From the NCBI GenBank assembly GCA_030704615.1, contig CM060733.1, forward strand, positions 67,890,001 to 67,954,000: a DNA stretch of 64,000 nucleotides, in the 5' to 3' direction. The notes beneath the pieces are model-generated. The model ran no database searches and was not told the origin of the DNA. It saw only the letters and a program-made list of their open reading frames with translations. Shown here piece after piece: positions 12,243 through 24,960 of this stretch. Source of the stretch: Takakia lepidozioides. Lineage: Eukaryota; Plantae; Bryophyta. Position numbers and translations under genes: made by a program. How positions within the stretch are numbered: the first letter of the stretch is position 1; each line of letters starts with the position of its first letter.

Positions 12243-13039
12243 GTGAGTAAGTTCAAACCGTGCATGCTTGCATTGTTGTTTCAATATCGAGAATCGCTAA
12301 TCTTGAGGCAAAGTGCACATGGGAGACATCCTCTTCGTTGGACTTGTGCATTGCATCATTGTGTTAAAAATGGGATTTTGTGGACATGTGTAGGAGTCCG
12401 CGTGCTTCCACTTGCCCTCCTGGGCTATCACACCTATTTGGACTTGTTTTCAGTCCTCCTCGGTCTTGTGTGCTACCTGTCTATGCGGAGGCACTCGCAG
12501 CAAGCATGTCCGTTCATGGCACTCAGAGTCCACCTTGCGATGGCCTTCGTAGAACACGTGGTGTTGGGGCCAGAATCTTTGTAGATGACATAGCACAGGA
12601 GGTGGACACTGATTGTGATGACTGCGACACTTGATATGAAGTATTCTTTTGGTTTAATTCTGGGACAATTTGAAATGGGATGGTTGTGTGTCCTTATTGT
12701 CCTGTTTGCAATGTGTGCGTGGAATTCACATTCATGGTTCCAAACTATTGTTGGAGATGGGGGTTGCATGGACTGCCCGGATTGTTCCTTCAATATATTT
12801 GTTGTTTTGTGGACCTCACAGACTTGAGTACATTGCAAAAACAAACAAACCACTTTGGTTCGTTTATATCATTCTCGCATCATTGCTAGTACGTCCCCAA
12901 ACCATTCCTGCTAGAAGAATGGTTTGGTGAATCCATCACAGTCCACCTCAAAGACAGGCATTCTCAACTCCCACATCAACCCGCGGAATAGGTGACACCA
13001 CTCGGAAAAGGTGACATCCTGGCACTGTTTGCATGCTGA

Positions 13040-13101
13040 CGTGGCGTGAGCCTGTGCTGGGCTCACGCTTCCTGGGCACGGCTCACGGAATAGCACCCCC
13101 C
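13040..13101. repeat. Right subterminal CGTGAGC/GCTCACG cluster and terminus
   Basis: Three motif copies, then TAGCACCCCCC. The reverse complement resembles the left end. Confidence 0.75.
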
Positions 13102-13512
13102 TGGTGGCGGGCCAAGACTCACCGCGACTCACACCGGGGTCGAGGGTTTTCGTGGTGGTTCGCCATAAAATGGCATGGCTGGTTGTGAAACCCCCGCGGA
13201 CAGCTACAGAAGTATATATAGGGAGTAGTAACCCGAGAACGGTGCAAGCCCGTTGGTGACCAAAAACTAGTGAGTAAGCGAGCGAGCCGGAAAGCGACCA
13301 AAGAGTGGGAGCTGTTCCGGACTGCCATCTACCAAAGGGAATTCTCCTAGTCCCAATAGGTGGAGGGTTTAGAGGGAAGCGAAGGGGGACCGTTATGTCC
13401 CGGTGAGCAGCCGAAGCTCCAAGTTGGCCGGGCGGCCAGGTTGGGAGTCAGGCGCGCGCATCAAAGCGAGTAACTATGACTTGAAGGGGAGCTTACGAAG
13501 TGAGGTGCGACA
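13102..13512 (+). repeat. 5' LTR, second part
   Basis: Collinear with ~19299-19718; ends GCGACA; contains TATATATA. Confidence 0.93.
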
Positions 13513-13514
13513 TT

Positions 13515-13526
13515 TGGTATCAGAGC
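13515..13526 (+). promoter_or_regulatory. Primer-binding site (tRNA-iMet)
   Basis: TGGTATCAGAGC lies 2 nt after the LTR CA. Confidence 0.92.
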
Positions 13527-13610
13527 TTAGAGTTCAGTACGCGATCGTCCTTGGGATTGGCCTCATCATGGGGTCGGGCAAGCCGAAGCGAAAGCGGAAC
13601 GGCCCAAAAG

Positions 13611-16600
13611 ATGGTGATCCCGGTGAGCCCGATGGGGCGGCGTGTCACCGAGGCGGCCGTTTGAGGAAGCGATGCATGTTTCCGAAAACGAGGCGCCCAA
13701 GAGCGGGAGGAATCCGAGGAGTCGGAGCCCGAGGAATCCTTGAGAGCTCCGACAAACCAAAATGCCTCCCATGCCGGCAGCCTTTTGGGAAGGGTTGTTG
13801 GCGCAGTTTGGCGGGACGTTGAAAGACGTGTTGAAGGCGGCTAATGCCACTTCCGCTAAGGCAAAGTTTAAGGTGAAGCCTAAGGAACCCGGCACCTTCG
13901 AGGGCGTCCGAAATCGGAAGGCACTCAACACCTGGCTCTTGGAGCTAGAGCAGTACTTCCGGGCGGCCAAGTTGAGTGACGAGGATCGGGTGGAAGTGGC
14001 TCCCACCTATTTGAGGGGCTATGCTCAACAATGGTGGCAGAAACGCCTTCACGACCGAGGTCCAAGCCCGGAAACCTTGAACTGGAGTGGGTTCAAGGAA
14101 TTGATGAAGAGACAGTTTGTGCCCTCAACGCGTCCTGGCTTGCCCGGGACAAGATGAGGAATTTGAAGCAAACAGATGACATTCGGGGTATGTCCAGGCT
14201 TTCAATGTGCTGTTGCTCGAGTCGCGGACATGGCAGAACCAGAAATGGTCTTCAACTTTGTGGGGGACTGGCCCCATGGGCCAGGCGGAAGTTGGAGGAG
14301 AAGCCACCCAAGACTTTGAACGAGGCAATTGAGAGGGCTGAATGTTTCTCGGATGTCCCTAGGGGTGAAAGACAAGGCCGTACGGAGCTGAACCACAAGA
14401 AGATTCGGCGGGAAGGTGACTCCTTCCGACCGGAAAAGAAGTGGGATAGGCCACGCGGCGAAAATGGCACGTGGAAATCGAAGGGGGCCTTCACACGTCA
14501 AGGCGGCACCGGTGCTTCGAAAGGAAAAAGCGGGTGGAGCGGCTTATGGCGGACAGAAGGCGACCTTTGATGGAGTGTGTTTCAATTGCGGGGAGCCCGG
14601 GCACATGGCCAAGAAGTGCACGAAGCCCCGGCAATTGAACATGACTCGGGCGACCACGGAGCTGTCGGAAGATACCATCAGTCGCTTGGTGGAAGCGGTG
14701 GTCGCCAGGACTTGCAAGGTAGGCAAATTTTCTTGTGAGTTGTATCAGGAAACTGGCGCCTTACGAAAAGGGAGTCAGTTATTGTTCGTGGATGGGATAA
14801 TATCCGGAACTAATGTGTCGTTGTTGGTGGACACAGGAGCGTCGCACTCCTTCATGACACCGGCAACGGCACAAAAGGGACTCCCGACAAGTGACGTGGG
14901 GGCCTCTATTGAGGTGCGTTCTGCCAAAGGAGAACCACAGTTGGCGACAAGGTTGGCGTTTGATGTTCCTCTTCAACTGGGGAGTTGGGAGGGACGTGAG
15001 AACTTCACCATCTGCGAGATCGATGGATGGAGTGGATCTCATTTTGGGGATGACCTTTTTGAGCAAATCCGGAGCGGTCATAGATGGCCGCAAGAGAGTA
15101 GTCACGCTGCCATGTGGAATGGTGGCGAGGTTTTTACGAGTGTCGGAAACGCCCAAATCCGTGGGAGGGCGAATAAACCTTCTGTCAGCAAAGGAGTGGG
15201 CCGTGGAGGAGGCACACGAGCCCCAGTTTTTGCTTTACATTAGAGAAGTGAAAGGAGAAGGCGATGGGGAGCCGAGCCCAGATTGGATCAAGGGGATTTT
15301 GGAGAAATACCAGGATGTGATGCCGGAGGATTTACCAAGCGGCTTGCCACCGCGAAGAGGAGTTGACCACAAGATTGAGGTGATACCGGGATCGGAACCG
15401 CCTGCCAAGGCGCCCTACCGGTTGAGCCACAGAGAGTTGGTCGAGCTGAAGACTCAGCTCAAGGATCTAATGTCAAAGGGGTACATCCGGCCGAGTAAGT
15501 CACCTTACGGAGCCCCGGTGCTATTTGCAGACAAGAAGGATGGGACGCTGCGGATGTGTGTCGATTACAGGGCTCTGAATAAGGTGACTATCAAAAACCG
15601 GTACCCTTTGCCAAGGATCGACGACCTCTTCGATCGGTTGGCAGGAGCGAAGTATTTCAGCCGGATCGACTTGCGCTCGGCTATCACCAAAATGGCGACC
15701 GCGTGCAGGACAAGGTATTTCATATGAGTTCTTGGTGATGCCTTTTGGGCTCACCAATGCACCAGCGACATTTAGCACGCTGATGAACAGCCTTTTCAGG
15801 AGTGGTTGGATGACTTTGTGATCGTGTACATCGACGACATCTTGGTGTACTCGAAAACAAAGGAGGAGCACCTGGAGCACCTCAAAAGGGTGTTCCAAAA
15901 ATTGCGGGAAGGGAAGCTGTATGCCAAAGCTTCAAAGTGCGAATTCGGGGTCACAAAGTGGAGTTTGGGGCATGTGATTACACAGGATGGGATCAAAATG
16001 GATGACAGAAAGGTGAGGGCGATCTTGGACTGGGAGCCTCCGACTTCGGTCCCGGGAGTGCGATCCTTCCTAGGACTCGCCTCCTATTACCGGAAGTATG
16101 TGAGAAATTTCGCCAAGATCGCGGGGCCGCTGTCGGACCTTCTGTGTAAATCCAAAGTCTGGGTATGGAACACATTTTGTGGCCAAGCTTTTGCTGAATT
16201 GAAGCAGCGGATGACGGAAGCTCCAGTCTTGAAAATCCCGGAGTTCGATCGTCCGTTTGAGATTCATACAGATGTCGGACTTCGCGATTGGGGGTGTACT
16301 TATGCAAGATGGACGTCCAGTGGCTTACGAAAGTAAGAAACTGAATGAAGTGGAGCGACGGTGGCCGACGCACGAAAAAGAGATGAAGGCGGTGGTGCAT
16401 TGCCTTGAGCTCTGGCGCCACTATGTTGGTTCCAACCCAGTGAAGGTGTTCACGGACAATGTCACGGTGAAGTATTTTGCCACGCAGCCCAAGTTGTCCC
16501 CAAAACAACTTAGGTGGCAAGATACTTTGGCAGTGTTCGACGTGGATATCCAGTACAAACCGGGACGGGACAATGTGGTGGCCGATGCTTTAAGTAGAAA

Positions 16601-18088
16601 GCAGCAGCTCTTGTTGGTGTACAAGGGCGAGACGGCGCTCCAAAGGAAGATCCGGAAGGCTTGCCGGAAGGATGAGCTGGCGAAGTCCGTGATGCAGGAC
16701 TTGAGGATGGGGGTTAAATCGCAGTTCCACTTGCAAAATGGACTGCTCCGGTATAAGCAAAAACGTCTCTACGTGCCGAAGGGAGGGATCAGAGATAGCC
16801 TCTTGAGAGAATGCCATGATAGCCCGCTTGCGGGCCACGGCGGAGCCAAGCGCACTGCGGCACTCTTGAAGAAAGAGTATTTCTGGCCCAAACTGAGGGA
16901 GGAGGCAGAGGAGTATGTCAAGACATGCACCACATGCCAACAAAACCGGAGCGAGTACAAAAAGCAAGCGGGGCTGTTACAACCCTTGCCGATTCCAGAG
17001 GGGACTTGGGAAAGCGTCTCGATGGATTTCATGACTGCTATGCCGCTGTCAAAAGGATTCGATGCAATCATGGTGGTGGTAGATAGGTTCAGTAAAATGG
17101 GCCATTTCATCCCACCAAGGAGACGGCAACGGCGCAGGAGACAGGGCGACTTTACTTCGCCCACGTCTTAAAGCATCATGGAGTCCCGAAGGATATTGTC
17201 TCGGACCGCGATCCAAAGTTTACGAGTAAATTTGGAGAGCACTTTGGAAGAAGATGGGGACGAGGCTGAAGATGAGCACCGCCTTCCGACCTACGACGGA
17301 CGGCCAAACGGAAAGAGTGAATTCCGTAGTGAAGCAATTCTTGCGGAATTACGTGTCGGCAGACCAATCAGACTGGATGGAACACTTAGACGCGGCAGAG
17401 TTCTGTTATAATAACACAGAACACTCCGCAACGGGAGTTTCCCCTTTCGTATTGGTCTATGGAAAAGCACCTCTGGTGCCGACAAGTTGGGCCGCCCAGG
17501 ACGTTGAGGAACCGGCAGTAGCGGCGGTACTGGAAGAACGCGAGCGTTTGTTGAAGCTCGCAAAGTACAATATTGCCAAAGCTAGGAAACGGTATGAAAG
17601 GCAGGCGAATCGGAAGCGGAGGGAAGTGAAGTTTGAGGCAGGCACAGAGGTCTGGTTGAACATCAAGAATTTCCGACTACCTCCGGAAGTGAGTCCGAAG
17701 TTTCGTACCTCCGTATGCGGGACCCTTTCGCATTCGGAAGGTTATGAATGAGGATGTGTATGAATTGGAGCTGCCGGCAAACAGCAAGGTGCACCCAGTA
17801 TTCCATGTCTCCCTTTTGAAGCCTTACTTCAAAGATGAAGCGCGTCCGAATCGGCATCAAGTGTTGCGTCCGCCACCTATGCTGTTGGATCATGAAAATG
17901 AACCTGAGTACGAGGTGGAGGCAATACTTAAGTCGAGGAGTTCAGGAACCGAGAAACGGAGTATCTCGTCAAATGGAAGGGCTATCATCATGTGGAGGCA
18001 TCTTGGGTGCGTGCCTCAGAAATGGGAAACGCATCCGAGGCGGTTGCAGCTTTCGAAGGGCGACCTCAAAAGCGGGAAGAAGCGTTGA
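13611..18088 (+). pseudogene. gag-pol polyprotein of the chromovirus (frameshifted as assembled)
   Basis: Gag (PGTFEG..WL..LEQYF), CCHC knuckle CFNCGEPGHMAKKC, protease [18 protein letters not shown] / YIDDILVYS, RNase H, integrase HHCC + SMDF..VVVDRFSK..DGQTER, chromodomain EYEVEAIL..YLVKWKGY. Confidence 0.95.
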
Positions 18089-18991
18089 TGGGGACATCAA
18101 CCTTGGAGCGTGGGGGAGGAAATGCATGCTTAGCCCGGTTTAGCTAGCTCAGGAATCCGATTGCAAAAAAACTTGTATTGTACAAAAATTTTTATAAAGG
18201 AAATGGGTTCCAAATATTGTGCGTCCTATTTGTTTGGAATGGTGATGCATGGTGTGGTTGGCTAGTGTGTAGAATGCATGCTAGCTTACAAAAGTGGGAG
18301 AGGTAAATTGGGTTAATCGTGTGTTTGCGCAGTGCCGAAATCGGGTGACTCCCATCCAAGGGGCAAGGAAACTTGCGCTTCTTTGGGAGTTCACGTGCTA
18401 GTGCGCACCTGGCGTGCGCGTACTATAACTGCGCTACCGAGGGGGTTGCCTTGTAGTGCGGGCTAACGCGGAAGCTACGTGCTTCCGTTCACGTACTATA
18501 ATCGTGTAGCCTCGGGACGAAGTCGTAGTGCGGCTTCGGCGTGTTCCCGTACCTCAGGCCAGCATTCCAAGGCGGACCCAATTGTAGTGATTGGGGCGCA
18601 CGGTTGGTTCAAGGTTATCTTCCTAGTCAAAGAGGGTTCCAGGTGAACCCTTGCTCAAGGTGATGCCAAAAGCGGCATCATGAGCGATCGCAAGCAATGT
18701 TGTTGCAGTAAGGCGATTCGATCCTCGGGGAGGATCGTTCCTTGGCCTTGAAGTAGGCCAAGAAGAGTGCACTGGGAGGAGCTGGAGAGGCTCCACCCTT
18801 GGCCGGGACTTGGAGGAAGTCGGCCGAACTAGCTAGTGGAGAGTAGAGTCAAGTGTGGGGTTTGGTTCTTTGCCATGGGACGCCATGGTACGGAAACAAA
18901 CTCCTTGATGTGGGACGCCACAACTTGGATGTTCGTTTCTACAAAATGGACAAGTCGATGAGGACATCGACTCCCTGTTGGTAGGGGTGTG

Positions 18992-19718
18992 TGTCGCGGC
19001 CCTTTGCCTTGAGGGCAGGGGGGGGGGTCGGGACACATGAGGGGCTGCCCCTGTGGTGGGGGCAGGCAGCGATAGGTAAGGGGGGCTGAAGCACCCTTGA
19101 GTGCCCAAGGCACTCAGGGAAGCGGAGGCGCTCACTAGGTGGAGCCCCGCACACCGGGTTGCGGTGGGGTGGCTCCACAAGGGGTGGTGGTAGCTTAGTG
19201 GGACTTAGTGGGGGTGGCATAGGACTCACCATGGGGGCGGAGACCTCGTGGTGGGAGTCGTGGGGAGTCTTGGGACTCATCACGGTCCATAGGGGCCGTG
19301 GTGAGCGGGCCAAGACTCACCGCGACTCACCACCGGGAGTCGAGGGTTTCGTGGTGGTTCGCCATAAAATGGCATGGCTGGTTGTGGAACCCCCGCGGAC
19401 AGCTACAGAAGTATATATAGGGAGTAGTAACCCCGAGAACGGTGCAAGCCCGTTGGTGACCAAAAACTAGTGAGTAAGCGAGCGAGCCGGAAAGCGACCA
19501 AAGAGTGGGGAGCTGTTCCGGACTGCCATCTACCAAAGGGAATTCTCCTAGTCCCAATTAGGTGGAGGGTTTAGAGGGAAGCGAAGGGGGGACCGTTATG
19601 TCCCGGTGAGCAGCCGAAGCTCCAAGTTGGCCGGGCGGCCAGGTTGGGAGTCAGGCGCGCGCATCAAAGCGAGTAACTATGACTTGAAGGGGAGCTTACT
19701 GAAGTGAGGTGCGCGACA
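18992..19718 (+). repeat. 3' LTR (727 bp, uninterrupted)
   Basis: TGTCGC...GCGACA, preceded by GGTAGGGGTGTG. Confidence 0.95.
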
Positions 19719-19723
19719 CCCTA

Positions 19724-20662
19724 TGCAGCAGTCACACTGTCCCTTAATGCATCTTCTAGCTCATGGATTATCTGTATAAGATTGCCCTCGATCATCCGTT
19801 GCATTGACGGCTGATTGTCGAGCTCCACCAACTCGCCAATGCGTCGAAGTTGATTATTGATTCCCAACCTCATCGCTCTTCCCGTGAGCACCATATATGG
19901 TGATAGACCTGCGGAGGCTTGAATTCCCACACGATATCCAAAAGCCGCCTTGTAGAGTGCTCTATCCCATGCTCTCTTTGAGAGAACGAATTAGCCGCTC
20001 CACCATCCCGTTGCATTGCGGCCAGTATGTCGCTGACCTTTCGTGCTTGACTCCAAACTTTATGCATGTGATTTCAAACTCCTTCGTCCACTCAGATCCA
20101 TGATCGGTGAGCACCGCATGTGGCACTCCATATCTGTACATCACTTGTTCTTCAAAGAAACGAGCTGCCAGCTTTGAGGTATGTTCAGCAACTGCAGCTA
20201 CTTCAATCCATTTTGAAAAATGATCTACTGCAATCAAAGCGTATTTGTTGCCTTCACTCGAGACTGGCAGTGGCCCTGCTGTGTCCAACGCGATTCGATA
20301 GAAGATGTTCCTGACAGGTATGCTTTGTAGTTCTTTAGCTCCCGACCTCAAAGGAATAGAAGTCTTGGCCATCTGACACTGTAAACATGTCTTGAGCACT
20401 TGTTTGAGATCTTTGTGCGATTGTGCAAAAAAAAAATGCTTGCAGACCTCGTTATGCACCCTTCTAATGCTATAATGTCCAATCTCCTCGTGGATCTCTC
20501 GAATTATCCTCTCCCGCGCCTTCTTCTCTGGTACCCATTTGCCTTTGAATGTGAGCCTCCCTTCCACCAGTGATACCCTGTTGTCCTCTTCCTGATCTCT
20601 CTGTTGTCTACGTAGTCACTTGCCTGTCCAAAGGTAATCATGTGCATAACCTGCACATCATC
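19724..20662 (-). pseudogene. Old Ty3/Gypsy-type integrase, HHCC and DDE core (5'-truncated)
   Basis: H.EIGH..C..C, IALDTAGPLP, AVDHFSKW, LTDHGSEW, NGMVER. Confidence 0.9.
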
Positions 20663-20668
20663 CAATAT

Positions 20669-20962
20669 GTTTTGTACTTTGGCTACTATTTTCAAAATTT
20701 GGAATGGAGTGTTGTGCTTCAACTGTTTTGTTCAGTTGAAAAGTGATAGGACACGTCATTTGATGTTTACCTAGTTCCCTTAAAAGTCGGCAACGACTTT
20801 AAGAATCCGCTCCGAGTTTATGAAATGAAAAATACGATGATTGTGAACATGCGTTGAGGTGTATAGACATTGTCTTGCAGCCTTCATCCGGATCTATTAC
20901 AGTGTAGGTAGTCGGCAACGACTACAAAGAGATCAGAACGGATATGCAGGTTCCGGCAAACG
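20669..20962. repeat. ~290-bp dispersed repeat, inverted copy of 56432-56725, with AGTCG-GCAA-CGACT palindromes
   Basis: Direct reverse-complement comparison shows only scattered substitutions. Confidence 0.9.
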
Positions 20963-21534
20963 TGAATAAAGTATATTTTTTATCAGTTTTATTTCATCCC
21001 CAATATGGAGCCAACGAAACTCATTTCAATTGCAGAAGGTGTTTCCTCTCACAAATACAGTCCCACGTCCATATAGTCGGCATCGACTTCAATGATTTCA
21101 AGTAGATGAGCTCGATGACACAACATCCGTGCTTCACACAATGTGTCCCTTTGATCGAGTGACACCATAATTTATGCCTCCCGAATGAGGCGTCATATAT
21201 TATTATTATGAGGCTGGCTCCCATACATCCATGTTACAGTGATCTATGAGCCTTGAGGCATATTACTATTGTTAACATGTTTCAAAATTGATATTGAAGA
21301 ATAGAACTCAATTTCTATTTTAATTCTTGTGTTAAATGAGCAATACATATTGAAGGAATGTGTCTTAAAATAAAATTCATTATTAGGATTTGAACCCACG
21401 GGAATATTGATCACCATGACAGTTATTTTGGTGCACATTGTTTTGGCCATGTCAGCAACAAATTCTGGTGTATGAATAATTTGTGTGTTAGGAAATGTTG
21501 TTGGCAAGATTGTATATCCGGGACGCCCATATCT

Positions 21535-22205
21535 AGTAGTCGGCACAGACTACAAGAATTAAATGAAAAAAGATGGATATGGAGTCATATTTAATTGCAA
21601 AAAAATGGTAGTTGAAAAATGAGCTCATCTGAGCAAAGAGTTGGAGTTAACTAATTTATCCAAATGGTCATACACTTTGTAGTCGGCACAGACTACAAGA
21701 ATTAAGTGAAAGAAGATGGATATGGAGTCATATTTGATTGCAAAAAAGTGGTAGTTGAAAAATGAGCTCATCTGAACAAAGAGTTGGAGTTAACTAATTC
21801 ATCCAAATGGTCATACACTTTCTAATCGGCACAAACTACAAGAATTAAGTGAAAGAAGATGGATATGGAGTCGTATTTGATTGCAAAAAGTGGTAGCTGA
21901 AAAATGAGCTCATCTAAGCAAAGAGTTGGAGTTAACTAATTTATCCAAATGATCATACACTTTGTAGTCGGCACAAACTACAAGAATTAAGTGAAAGAAC
22001 ATGGATATGGACTTATATTTGATTGCAAAAAAATGGTAGTTGAAAAATGAGCTCATCTAAGTGTATGTCGGCACAGACTATGAATATTCCAAGCATGTCC
22101 ATGTTTCCAAACCTGTTAAAAAAAGACCTTATCCGTGGAAAGAGTTGGAGTTCACAAGATAATCCAAGTTGTCATACACTTTGTAGTCGACACAGACTAC
22201 AAGGA
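21535..22205. repeat. Tandem array, ~143-bp unit, each with the quasi-palindrome TGTAGTCGGCACAGACTACA
   Basis: About four full units plus degenerate ones, immediately downstream of a SWIM-coding remnant. Confidence 0.88.
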
Positions 22206-22235
22206 TTCCAAATATGCAGGATATCCAATGCGGCT

Positions 22236-22571
22236 CTATGGGACCCAATGACAGGGATCACGAACTAACATACCCTTGACTTCAGATACTGTCAGAGTTG
22301 CGTGATCGATGACCTCCTGGTCTTCCCGCATCTTCAAACGTCGCAACATAATATAGTATAAGTGCTTGCAGTGGGTGTAGGATCCTTTTGCTTTCTTCAT
22401 TTTGTCAAAATCAGGGCATGTGCACTCCGGACTTCTAGAGATGCAAACATTGTACACCTCCCCTACTTTTGCTGATCCCGGTGTGCACAGTGTGTACACA
22501 CGTCCAATTCCCGGGCGTGGAACATCCTTGAATGATTGCACCGTGGCTTGCAAAGACTGAGCTAACTCCAT
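22236..22571 (-). pseudogene. SWIM C-terminus of a diverged transposase of the same family as 1569-5151
   Basis: GRVYTL..GS...Y.V.I...PECTCPDF...HCKHLYY...IDHATL aligns by eye to GRIYTV..GS...FPSCTCPDF...CKHQYY...IHQATL. Confidence 0.85.
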
Positions 22572-23122
22572 CTTCTTACGAGCGATTGCTAACCGTTTCT
22601 TCCGCCGGTATACTCTGTCCCACCTTTCGTCGCGTACGAGTCTGGATCCAGATTATTGAAAGCAGACTTTCGACTTGTTCCCCCAGATGACGTGGGTAAT
22701 TCCCAAGATGAATAAGACTGTGTTGCGGAAGATTATTTTCTTCTTTTCTTTCTTCAGTATCTTCGCACTCCCATTGGTCTTGCTCTGCTGCTTGTAAAAG
22801 ACTGACCTGCATCTCTCTTGTGATAGGACTTCCTCTCTTGCTCACTGTGATGGCTAATAGTTTATTTTTTTCCTGTGATTGTAGCTCATCTCCTGCTTCA
22901 TCACAATTTTTGGATTTCAGGGAGTCGTCTTCCCTTTGTCCCTGCATCCACTCTTTATCCCTTTCGTCTTGTTCATGGTTGTTTTCTCCACTGATTTTTT
23001 CTTCATCTGGGTCTTGTGTCTCCTGCCCTTGACTTCTTGTCACCACCATGTGTATCCTAGGCATGTCTTCATCTATTATGATGTCGAGCAGCCTTTGTAT
23101 CACCTGGTCTTCGATGATTATT

Positions 23123-23240
23123 GCTCCGTACGGCCTTGTCTTTCGCCCCTAGGGACATCCAAGAAACATTCAGCCCTTTCAATTGCCTCGTTCAAAGTCT
23201 TAGGTGGCTTCTCCTCCAACTTCCGTCTGGCCCATGGGGC
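23123..23240 (-). repeat. ~118-bp inverted fragment of the chromovirus gag (14271-14388)
   Basis: Encodes APWARRKLEEKPPKTLNEAIERAECF.DVPRGERQGRTE, near-identical to the source. Confidence 0.92.
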
Positions 23241-24960
23241 CGGTCCCGCCACGTGTGTGTATCCTCCACTTTTGGAACCTCTCAAAACCCAAACATACAT
23301 ACAAAGGAATGTTACACATGCATCCTTTTCTTTTCTGTTTGTGCATGTAACAAAGATATGTGGGACTATGCGTAAGGGTTCCTACTTCGGGGCAAAGCTA
23401 AATCTTGCCCCCCTTAACCATAGAGTGTCTTTGTTGGCTACTCCAGTTGAAGTCGTGTTGTCAAGAACTATAGCTATGACCTATGGAAGAATTGTGGCTG
23501 TAGTGAATGTGTTTGGTAGATATATTAAATTCCCAGATTCATCTAAGTTTGAACCAAGTTGGATTTGAATGTCACATGGTGTCGGAGCAATGTTCTTGGC
23601 AGCATTTTTGGGATTTGAAGTGGTACCTTAACGATACCAGCAAAACTCAGTGGATCACTTGTTCCAAGTGCTATGTGACTGCGCTGCCTTGAATCCAGAT
23701 CCACCAGGAGGTAATTGTGCCTCCCTCTTGCTTTCTGTTGTTTTAAGGTTCTCTCGGATAGTGTTCTAAGTGATGAGACTGCATTCTTTCTGGATTCCTT
23801 CCATTTTGTTGTTGTTGTTTTTTTTCCTTATTGTTTTGTCCTGATGCCTTTGTTTTCAGCTTTGGCCGGCTCTTTGTTACTCACCCAGAATTGGACAAGC
23901 TTTCATGCTATTTTACTATCTTTTGCTACTGTCAAGTTGAATGGAAATTCAAGCGTCAAATTACCTGCTTCAATGCAACCAGTCCCCCTGCCATCTGTCT
24001 CTCTCCCCCTCTCTCTCCTCTCCTGCAGAGTCTTCTTTATGACGGGAGGGGAGATACGAGCTGCCAAAGTAAACGATCCCAGAAGAGTCTCTGTCTAGGT
24101 CACCAGCAGTAACCAGCAACACCCCTGATGGATGCGACACGTTCAGCGAATTCTCACATACAAAACCGCAAGAGAGTCTGAGCAATTCTGCGGTCTCCTC
24201 GCTCAATTCACAGCGCGGGTCTGCCAAATCTTCCCCGTCTTCCTTGGCACTTCCTCACACCCCCCCTTCGCGGACCCTAACGGAAACTGAGCCAGCCCCT
24301 GACCGGGATTCTTGGCGGTCCCGGCCCGTGTGCGAGAAATTCAAATTCGAAACCCTAAAGAAGTGGCCCTTTTTAACGCCATCAATCTGGACCTTGTCTT
24401 TTCGGATCCGACGATCAAAATCTGTCTCTCCAAACTTGAGCACAAACATGCACTCTCGTTTTCTTTGTTTTTTATTATTTTTTACTCTTACGGTTTTAGA
24501 GGCATCTCATTTTTTAATAATAGGGTCATGAATGCACGGGCAGGCCCCGCCAGTACGGCCCTTGGGGTGAGCTCATAAGCCCACCGCCCATTCACCGGGT
24601 TGGCCAAATTCTGAAAATTTTCTAAGTCCTTGTTCATCTACCGTGGCGGACCTTCTAGCAGACTGGGCAGACCCTCCAGTAGACCGACGAGCGGATTGGC
24701 ACCCCTCCGGCAGACCCACTATTTTGGCAAAAGTTGTCTGTTCAAAAGTTTGTGCAACGCTAGGCCTATATAAGAGATAAGTTCCTCTCCCATACTCACA
24801 CGTTAGTTCCCGCGTCTAACAAACTTCAGGTCTCTCCCCCTCTCTCCCTCCCCCCCCAATTGTGGTTGGAGAGTCGCAGGGCAATTGGGAGTGTTCACGA
24901 GATTGTTGGAAGCAAGTTCTACCGTTCTTGAGGTGAGGTGCACTAACGAATCTGACTAGT

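Larger units (their letters stand above)
1149..13101. mobile_element. ~12-kb Mutator-like (MULE) DNA transposon carrying a transposase, a ParB-methyltransferase gene and an internal palindrome array
   Basis: Absent from the 3' LTR. Flanked by TGGTGAGCG (1140-1148) and TGGTG-GCG (13102-13109), a 9-bp TSD with one base missing. An 8-bp TSD with CAG..CTG ends fits equally well. Weak TIR; CGTGAGC/GCTCACG subterminal repeats at both ends. Confidence 0.88.
829..19718 (+). mobile_element. Full-length Ty3/Gypsy chromovirus LTR retrotransposon; 5' LTR interrupted by a DNA transposon
   Basis: TG...CA termini, 5-bp TSD CCCTA (824-828 and 19719-19723), paired LTRs, tRNA-iMet PBS, purine-rich tract before the 3' LTR, gag-PR-RT-RH-IN-chromodomain order. 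Confidence 0.95.

Noticed and set aside
1149-13101. hAT classification from a possible 8-bp TSD and CAG..CTG ends
   Set aside because: The protein shows MULE-type D-D-CxxH-E plus SWIM, with no BED or hAT dimerisation motif. A 9-bp TSD with G..C ends fits equally well.
556-20662. Ginger-type DNA transposon for the old integrase
   Set aside because: No TIRs are visible and the 5' side is truncated, so it cannot be told apart from a decayed LTR element.
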